A stretch of DNA of 64,000 bases. Origin: Candidatus Thalassospirochaeta sargassi. Its GTDB lineage: Bacteria > Spirochaetota > Spirochaetia > UBA9216. Shown one piece after another: positions 57,548 to 64,000 of the stretch (position 1 is its first letter; each line of letters begins with the position of its first letter). The notes beneath the pieces were generated by a model, which did not search any database, was not told where the DNA came from, and was given only the letters and a program-made list of their open reading frames with translations. Made by a program: the position numbers and the translations under genes. Location of the stretch: positions 43,106-107,105 of the forward strand of contig JAQQAL010000009.1 of NCBI GenBank assembly GCA_028532855.1, given 5' to 3'.

Positions 57548-58789
57548 TTATTTTTCAGCTTTGCTTAAAAGAATTGAAATAATCCTGTTTTTCTCGGTTT
57601 CTTCAATCTCAAGGATATATTTATCAAAGCTGATTTTATCTCCTGCCCTGGGTATCCGGTCGAGTTCTTCCAGGAAATACCCTGCAATTGTCTCGGCATA
57701 TTCGGTTTCCGGCATCTCAATCTCAAAGGTATCCGTAAACTGATGCAGGGAGGTGTCTCCCATTATACGCCAGCTGCTTTTATCGGTTCTCTGTATCCTT
57801 TCAATTCCCGGATCTTCGTTTTCGTCGTAAAGTTCACCGAGGATCTCTTCAATAATATCTTCACGGGTTACTATGCCTGCGAGTCCGCCGTATTCGTCCA
57901 GGATTATTGAAATATTCAGTTTTTCTGCTTTCAGCAGATTGAAAAGTTCATGCAGTTTTCGATTGGCCGGCGTGAAGATTGGTTCATGCATAATCTCCGC
58001 AAGCCGCCTCTCTCCTTCCATCTTCAGCAGGTGAGCGGTGATGTCGTTCGAGAGCACAATTCCTACAATATTTTCAGGTTCTCTGTCATATACAGGGATT
58101 CTTGAAAAACCGCTGTCACTGATTAATGAAGCTGATTCCTCTATTGTCATGTTTTTATTAAGGCTGAAAACATCGGTCCTGTGCGTCATAATTGCCTGTA
58201 CAGACACCTCGTTCAGTCTGAAAACTGATTTTACCATCTCCGATTCATAGTTCTGAACAAGGCCTTCCTCTTCGGCTGCGCTCATCATGTGAAGCAGGGC
58301 TTCAAACGAAATGGTCTTTGTTTCTTTTGGGATTACGAAGCGGGTTATCAGCGAACTGAAGCCGCTTATAAGAAATATCACCGGGCGAAGAATTGTCGAT
58401 AGTATCCAGACAGGCCAGGCTGAGATAAGGCTGAGCTGAACATTCAGGGCAATTGCAATGCGTTTCGGGGTCAGTTCTGCAAATATCAGTATAATCAGGG
58501 TAAGAATACCCGTCATTGCGCCTATAAAGTTACTGCCGAACATTTTAATAGTCAGATTGGTTGCCAGCGCGGAGGCTGCAATATTCACCAGATTGTTGCC
58601 CAGCAGGATTGTCGTAAGCAAGCGGTCCGGATTCTCAGCAAGCTTTTTAACAAGCCTGCCCCGTCTGCCTTTTTGAATGCTTACCTGGCGTACCTGGGGT
58701 GATGATAGTGATGTAAATGCAGTTTCGGTCGCCGAAAAGCATCCGGATAATACAAGAAGGATAATCAGTGCTGTAAATTCCACTATCAT
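57548..58789 (-). CDS. Hemolysin/CNNM family (DUF21-CBS-CorC) transporter
   Basis: FSATETAF, TILLGNNLVNI, AELTPK, FSRIPVY, DEYGGLAGIVTREDIIEE. The true N-terminus may begin at 58842 (see findings). Confidence 0.92.
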   Translation of the reverse strand: MIVEFTALIILLVLSGCFSATETAFTSLSSPQVRQVSIQKGRRGRLVKKLAENPDRLLTTILLGNNLVNIAASALATNLTIKMFGSNFIGAMTGILTLIILIFAELTPKRIAIALNVQLSLISAWPVWILSTILRPVIFLISGFSSLITRFVIPKETKTISFEALLHMMSAAEEEGLVQNYESEMVKSVFRLNEVSVQAIMTHRTDVFSLNKNMTIEESASLISDSGFSRIPVYDREPENIVGIVLSNDITAHLLKMEGERRLAEIMHEPIFTPANRKLHELFNLLKAEKLNISIILDEYGGLAGIVTREDIIEEILGELYDENEDPGIERIQRTDKSSWRIMGDTSLHQFTDTFEIEMPETEYAETIAGYFLEELDRIPRAGDKISFDKYILEIEETEKNRIISILLSKAEK

Positions 58790-58946
58790 TTGGCGCTGAT
58801 CTCTAAAGTGTAGATAGGTTCAGGATAAGGGTCGTCGTCCATACTGATATGAGAATAATGGATCCTGGGATAAAAAATCAAGTGGAAAATCTCTATGCAT
58901 TCTGCTGTGCTTGCTGTGTTGTTGTTTTTGGTGCTAAACTCAACAT

Positions 58947-59603
58947 ATGAAAAACATATTATGCTTTGGCGATTCAAATACCTGGGGATATGACGGGGAG
59001 AACGGCGAACGTTTTCCATATGATAAGAGATGGACCAGTCTGGTTCAGGCGGAACTGGGTAATGCTTACAATATTATTCCCGAGGGATTAAACGGGCGCA
59101 CAACGGTATGGGATGATCCCTTTAACCCGTGCAGAAACGGGCACGATGCTCTGCCCTTCTGTCTGCTGTCCCACAAGCCCCTTGATCTTGTTATTCTTAT
59201 GCTCGGTACAAACGATTCAAAGAACTTCTACCATAATACCCCGTTTTCAATAGGTAAGGGTATCAGGCGCCTGGTTGAAATGATACAGGCCTCCGATGCG
59301 GGCCGGGGTGGTGCAGCTCCGCGTATTCTGCTTATGAGTCCTGCTCCGGTGATACAGGGTGATCAGAGCAGGGCCTCCTTTGATTTACGTGAGTTCGCTG
59401 ATATTGACGGTCATGATCCTTCGATTGTTTCCGGTGGTCTTGCCGGAGAGTACCGTAAAAAGGCTGAAGAATACGGCTGTGATTTTCTTGATGCCGGAAC
59501 TGTTGCTGAGGTATGTACAGCTGACGGGGTACACCTGACTGCTGAGGGTCACAAAGCCCTGGCTTCAGCTGTGTCGTCAAAGCTGAGGGAAATGGGAGTA
59601 TAG
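58947..59603 (+). CDS. SGNH/GDSL hydrolase (second paralog)
   Basis: ILCFGDSNTWGY, EGLNGRTT, MLGTND, DGVH. Confidence 0.92.
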   Translation: MKNILCFGDSNTWGYDGENGERFPYDKRWTSLVQAELGNAYNIIPEGLNGRTTVWDDPFNPCRNGHDALPFCLLSHKPLDLVILMLGTNDSKNFYHNTPFSIGKGIRRLVEMIQASDAGRGGAAPRILLMSPAPVIQGDQSRASFDLREFADIDGHDPSIVSGGLAGEYRKKAEEYGCDFLDAGTVAEVCTADGVHLTAEGHKALASAVSSKLREMGV

Positions 59604-59607
59604 ACTT

Positions 59608-60387
59608 ATGAAAAAAACGGTAACAGCAGCACTGCTTTTTCTGTTTTTATCAGCCTCAGCTGCCTTTGCGCTTGATCTCACAATTGCCGGCCCCCCTGAT
59701 ACTGTGTTGAAACTTGTTGGCGGGGGAGAATTATTCATTGATGCAAGCGGCGAGCTTGTTATAAGCGGTCTCGAGCCGGGGGACTCTATCAGCTTTACAG
59801 CGATATCCCCCGGTCGTTACCCCGGGGATTATTCTGTCGAGATGGGAACACTGTCCAAGACCTACCGCATAGAGCCGTCGCCTACCGGGGTTATAGCGGG
59901 TGAATTGAAGTTTACTGATTCCGGATTCTGTCCGGCCTTCGGGGTTGAGATGTACTTCAAACCCGAGAACGCCTACCTGTCGTTTGATATCTATCAGTCG
60001 TATATTTCACTGACTCAGATGTTTTCCGGTAGTTATGATGTCAGTTCAAGATATTTTATGCCTATGCTCGGTGTCGGGTTTTACGCAATTCCGTATGATT
60101 CAATTCTGCGTCTGAACTTCGGGTTTTCTGCAGGTATGGGCTTCGGAAATAATCTGCCTAACCCGCTGTTTGTGTCGGAGTTTTCCGCCGGACTTGAGGT
60201 TAAATTCCTTGACCACTATATAATTTTCGGAGAGATAAACCCGCGGCTTCATTCAGCACTCTCAGGCGGCTGGGATGCCTACAGTGATATTTATGGTGAC
60301 TCAAGGTCCGGGAATATGTACAGCATAGGAAGCTGGAGCATCTACGGTTTTCCGTGTACCAACTTCGGTGTGAAATATAAGTATTAG
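59608..60387 (+). CDS. Exported hypothetical protein, probable outer-membrane beta-barrel
   Basis: Signal peptide ending AFA, alternating aromatic strands, terminal FGVKYKY. Confidence 0.7.
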   Translation: MKKTVTAALLFLFLSASAAFALDLTIAGPPDTVLKLVGGGELFIDASGELVISGLEPGDSISFTAISPGRYPGDYSVEMGTLSKTYRIEPSPTGVIAGELKFTDSGFCPAFGVEMYFKPENAYLSFDIYQSYISLTQMFSGSYDVSSRYFMPMLGVGFYAIPYDSILRLNFGFSAGMGFGNNLPNPLFVSEFSAGLEVKFLDHYIIFGEINPRLHSALSGGWDAYSDIYGDSRSGNMYSIGSWSIYGFPCTNFGVKYKY

Positions 60388-60477
60388 ACTTTTATATTTG
60401 CCGCAAGTCGATTTTTTTATTATATTTTCTGCAATAAATACATAATATTCTACTAAATTTATGGAGAGACAAAACCC

Positions 60478-62349
60478 ATGTCTAAAAAGAAATTCAAGAC
60501 GGAAATATCACAGCTGCTGGATCTGATTATTCACTCGCTGTACTCGCATAAAGAAATTTTCCTCCGCGAGCTAATCTCAAACTCATCCGATGCGTTGGAC
60601 AAGTTGAAGTATCTGACGCTTACCGATGATGAGCTTAAGCAGCTTGATTTTGACCCCAGAATCGATATCAACTTCGATGCTGACGCGAAATTGCTCACCC
60701 TGTCCGATAACGGAATCGGTATGAATGCAGAAGACCTTGATGCCAACCTAGGTACAATTGCACGCTCAGGAACCAAGAACTTCCTGAGTCAGCTGTCAGG
60801 CGACGCTCAGAAAGATTCGAACCTTATCGGGCAGTTCGGTGTTGGTTTCTACTCCTGTTTCATGGTTGCCGATAAGGTTACCGTAATAAGCCGGAAGGCC
60901 GGCGAGGAACAGGCCTGGAAGTGGCAGAGCGATGGACGAACCAACTACAGTGTTGATGAGTCCGAGCGGGAGTCACAGGGTACTACTGTTCAGCTTCACC
61001 TGAACGACAACGGAACTGAATACACAAACCGCTGGAGCATTGAACAGCTGGTTAAGAAATATTCCGATCATATTGCTTTTCCGATTTTTCTTGAGTTCGA
61101 CGATGTATCCTTCGAAGGCGAGGGCGACGACAGAAAGGAAGTGAAGGAACACAAGATTGAGCAGATTAACACTGCTGCTGCAATCTGGAAAAAGTCCAAG
61201 TCTGATCTTTCTGATGAGGATTATAACGAGTTCTACAAGACAATCGGACATGATAATGAGGATCCGATGCTTCATCTGCACACAAAGGCTGAGGGAACAC
61301 AGGAGTATACAACCCTGTTTTATGTCCCGGCAAAGGCCCCCTTTGATATGTATCAGGCTGATTACAAGCCGGGCGTTAAGCTTTACATCAAGCGTGTTTT
61401 TATCACTGATGATGAGAAGGAGCTGATGCCGGTATATCTGCGCTTCCTCCGCGGTGTTATAGATTCTGAGGATCTGCCGCTGAATGTAAGCCGTGAGATT
61501 CTACAGCAGAACAGGGTGCTCGAGGCTATCAAAAGCGCATCTGTTAAGAAGGTGCTTGGCGAGTTTAAGAAGATTGCCGAGAACAATCCCGAGAAGTATA
61601 AGGAGTTTATTGAGCAGTACAACCGGCCCCTTAAAGAGGGTGTTTACTCGGATTATGCTAACCGCGAAACTCTGCTTGAGCTGATTAGATACAAGTCCTC
61701 CGAAGAAGAGGGATGGACAAGCCTTGCCGCCTACAAAGAGCGGATGAAGGATGATCAGAAGGGGATCTATTATATTACAGGTGATAATGAATCAACACTC
61801 AGGAACTCTCCGCTTCTTGAAGCATATAAAAAGAAGGGTATTGAGGTCCTGATAATGGACGACGAGATTGACGAAATTGTTGCTCCTTCCATCATGAACT
61901 ACAAGGATGTAGAACTTAAGGCTGTTAACAAAAGCGGTGCTGCAGATGACCTGAAGACGGAAGAGGATGAAGAAAAGGAAAAGGATCTTGAACCAATTCT
62001 CAAACGCATCAAGGATGTGCTAGGTGATAAGGTCAAAGAGGTTAAGGCTTCATCAAGGCTTTCCGATTCGCCCTCCTGTATTGTCGCGGATGAGAATGAT
62101 CCGACAATGCAGATGCAGCAGATGATGCGCGCTATGGGCCAGACCGATATGCCGGACATTGTGCCGATCCTTGAAATCAATCCTGATCACGCAATTGTCT
62201 CAAAACTTAAGGCCTCGTCTGACGATGCTGTTTTTGAGGATGTGAGCTTCCTTCTATTCGAGCAGGCAATGCTTGTTGAAGGCCAGCAGCTGAAAGAACC
62301 CGCCGAGTTTGTAAAAAGGCTCAACAGGGTAATGGAGAATGCTGTTTAA
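60478..62349 (+). CDS. htpG: Hsp90 chaperone HtpG
   Basis: YSHKEIFLRELISNSSDALDK, DNGIG, IGQFGVGFYS, LPLNVSREILQ, LEINPDH. Confidence 0.98.
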   Translation: MSKKKFKTEISQLLDLIIHSLYSHKEIFLRELISNSSDALDKLKYLTLTDDELKQLDFDPRIDINFDADAKLLTLSDNGIGMNAEDLDANLGTIARSGTKNFLSQLSGDAQKDSNLIGQFGVGFYSCFMVADKVTVISRKAGEEQAWKWQSDGRTNYSVDESERESQGTTVQLHLNDNGTEYTNRWSIEQLVKKYSDHIAFPIFLEFDDVSFEGEGDDRKEVKEHKIEQINTAAAIWKKSKSDLSDEDYNEFYKTIGHDNEDPMLHLHTKAEGTQEYTTLFYVPAKAPFDMYQADYKPGVKLYIKRVFITDDEKELMPVYLRFLRGVIDSEDLPLNVSREILQQNRVLEAIKSASVKKVLGEFKKIAENNPEKYKEFIEQYNRPLKEGVYSDYANRETLLELIRYKSSEEEGWTSLAAYKERMKDDQKGIYYITGDNESTLRNSPLLEAYKKKGIEVLIMDDEIDEIVAPSIMNYKDVELKAVNKSGAADDLKTEEDEEKEKDLEPILKRIKDVLGDKVKEVKASSRLSDSPSCIVADENDPTMQMQQMMRAMGQTDMPDIVPILEINPDHAIVSKLKASSDDAVFEDVSFLLFEQAMLVEGQQLKEPAEFVKRLNRVMENAV

Positions 62350-62407
62350 CCCGCAGCCGGCAGCACAATTGCATACAGCCGGTTAAAGTCCGGTATCAAT
62401 ATAGAAA

Positions 62408-62443
62408 GCAGCTTCCGGTTTCTGCCGGGGGCTGTTTTTTTTT
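62408..62443 (+). terminator. Intrinsic terminator of htpG
   Basis: GCAGCTTCCGG-loop-CCGGGGGCTG followed by a T run. Confidence 0.8.
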
Positions 62444-62492
62444 GTGAAAATTTCACACGAACAGTGCGTAGTCGAATTTTTAAACTGGTATT

Positions 62493-62526
62493 AAAAAAGC
62501 CCGTCTGCATGAACAGACAGGCTCTT
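62493..62526 (-). terminator. Intrinsic terminator of putP
   Basis: Minus strand AGAGCCTGTCTG-TTCATG-CAGACGGGC-TTTTTT. Confidence 0.75.
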
Positions 62527-62546
62527 GAAATAGTTTGGTTTATGAA

Positions 62547-64000
62547 TCAGCCCTTTACTTCAGCCTGAACTTCGTCGTAGGTTTTATCCATATCTGCGTC
62601 ATCCTGCTTAATAAATGAATTAGCAATAAGCATAACAATGAAGTTCGCAATAAATCCGGGGACAATCTCATACATCTGTGCTCCCAGGCCAATCTGCTTC
62701 CATAGAACACAGACAACGGCGCCGGTAACCATACCCGCAAGAGCAGATTTCCAGCCGGTCTTTTTTGAAAACAGGGCCATCAGAATTACCGGTCCGAATG
62801 CCGCACCGAAGCCGCCCCATGCGTAGGATACGAGGCCGAGGATAGTGTTGTCCGGATTGAGGGCAAGAAGCATTGCAATAACTGAAATAATAATAACACT
62901 TATACGGCCGATGAGAATCAGCTCTTTTTCACTTGCGTCTTTCTTGATTATCTTCTGATAGAAGTCTTCAGTCAGGGCCGAAGATGATACAAGCAGCTGT
63001 GAGTCTATCGTCGACATAATGGCAGAAAGAATAGCTGCAAGAAGTATTCCGCCTATCCACGGGTTGAACATATCGCTTATCATGTAGATGAAAACCTTCT
63101 CCGCGTCCCCACCGGGGGCTTCAGCATACATTGCAGTACCGATAAGGCCCACAAGGATCGCGCCTGCAAGAGAGATGAACACCCATACGGTGGCTATGAT
63201 TGTTGACTGGGGGATTTCTTTTATGCTTTTGATACTCATAAAGCGGACAAGAATGTGCGGCTGGCCGAAATAGCCGAGGCCCCAGGCCATAGTTGAAATA
63301 ATGCCAAGAACTGCACCGACGCCGGCTCCCGGTATCATGCTGGTTGAAATACCCTTTGCCAGAACCGCTGTATTGATTCCTTCGAATCCGCCCACACCCT
63401 TAAGTGCGGCCAGCGGAACAATCAGGATTGAAAAGAACATCAATGCACCCTGAAAAAGGTCTGTCCAGCATACAGCCATGAAACCGCCGAGCATTGTATA
63501 GAGTACAATGACCAGACAGCCGATTATAACAGCCAGACTGTAATCAATACCAAACATTGCTTCAAAAAGCTTGCCGGCTCCGGCCATACCGGAGGAGGCG
63601 TAAATGGCAAAAAAGATAAGCGTAATAATAGCGCAGATTATCCGGAGCAATCCAGTCGGATCCTTGAAGCGCGCCTCAAGAAAACTCGCCATAGTCAGCG
63701 ACTCGGTTTTCTCGGTATAAACCCTAAGCCGCGGAGCAACCAGGATCCAGTTCAAAACAGTGCCTATAAAAAGACCTATAGCTATCCAGCTCTGGTTTAT
63801 GCCGTAGAGGAAAGCTGCTCCCGGCAGCCCCATCAGCAGCCATCCCGACATATCGCTTGCCTGCGCTGAAAGTGCGGTAACCCATTTTCCCATACCCCGG
63901 CCGCCGAGCAGATAGTCCGAAATATTTGAAGTTCGTTTGTAAAAATAAAGACCTACTCCCAGAAGGAATAGCAGATACACAATAAATGTGATTAGAGTAG
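62547..64000 (-). CDS. putP: Sodium/proline symporter (5' end beyond window)
   Basis: ALSAQASDMSGWLLMGLPG, WGLGYFGQPHILVRFM, AILSAIMSTIDSQLL; frame open to the window edge. Confidence 0.95.
   Translation of the reverse strand, partial: TLITFIVYLLFLLGVGLYFYKRTSNISDYLLGGRGMGKWVTALSAQASDMSGWLLMGLPGAAFLYGINQSWIAIGLFIGTVLNWILVAPRLRVYTEKTESLTMASFLEARFKDPTGLLRIICAIITLIFFAIYASSGMAGAGKLFEAMFGIDYSLAVIIGCLVIVLYTMLGGFMAVCWTDLFQGALMFFSILIVPLAALKGVGGFEGINTAVLAKGISTSMIPGAGVGAVLGIISTMAWGLGYFGQPHILVRFMSIKSIKEIPQSTIIATVWVFISLAGAILVGLIGTAMYAEAPGGDAEKVFIYMISDMFNPWIGGILLAAILSAIMSTIDSQLLVSSSALTEDFYQKIIKKDASEKELILIGRISVIIISVIAMLLALNPDNTILGLVSYAWGGFGAAFGPVILMALFSKKTGWKSALAGMVTGAVVCVLWKQIGLGAQMYEIVPGFIANFIVMLIANSFIKQDDADMDKTYDEVQAEVKG

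Noticed and set aside
62443-62457. TGTGA-AAATT-TCACA palindrome resembling a CRP site
   Set aside because: Spacer is 5 nt rather than 6, and it lies between convergent genes next to terminators.
1-64000. tRNA, rRNA, CRISPR arrays, IS elements, prophage, defence systems
   Set aside because: By eye I found no T-loop or CCA cloverleafs, spaced direct repeats, transposase or integrase motifs, or terminal inverted repeats. Intergenic gaps are short and mostly explained by promoters and terminators. 'Phage shock' genes are host envelope-stress genes.

Overview
Chromosomal backbone of a probably free-living anaerobic spirochaete. The taxon is inferred from Spirochaetales-style 'AGGxQE' binding-protein N-termini and a spirochaetal lipobox. 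The window has about 62 genes, and I found no rRNA, tRNA, CRISPR array, transposase, integrase or prophage. Main loci: ackA with a Cys-insert thioredoxin; nfeD-nfeD-floA; sigma54/PspF-controlled pspABC; sbcDC; cysQ plus a sulfotransferase; pstCAB-phoU-phoB-phoR with pstS about 13 kb away; pyrG-HAD-MBL followed by a Dpp/Opp-type ABC transporter and a metallophosphoesterase; pgl-zwf; a fluoride riboswitch ahead of a cation:proton antiporter; frameshifted ldhA; plsC-thrH-folE-asparaginase; htpG; putP. Best lead: the same YTAACA repeat with 11-bp period (Pho-box-like) lies upstream of pstC, of pstS and of the 'peptide' ABC operon, which is flanked by three phosphoesterases. This suggests a Pho-regulated organophosphate uptake and hydrolysis system. 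Other notable points: PstA carries two PstS-like lobes, many promoters look leaderless, and an amino-acid permease is fused to a PTS-IIA domain. Several start codons were moved from the ORF track where SD, promoter or overlap evidence supported it. All family assignments come from motif recognition, not database searches.
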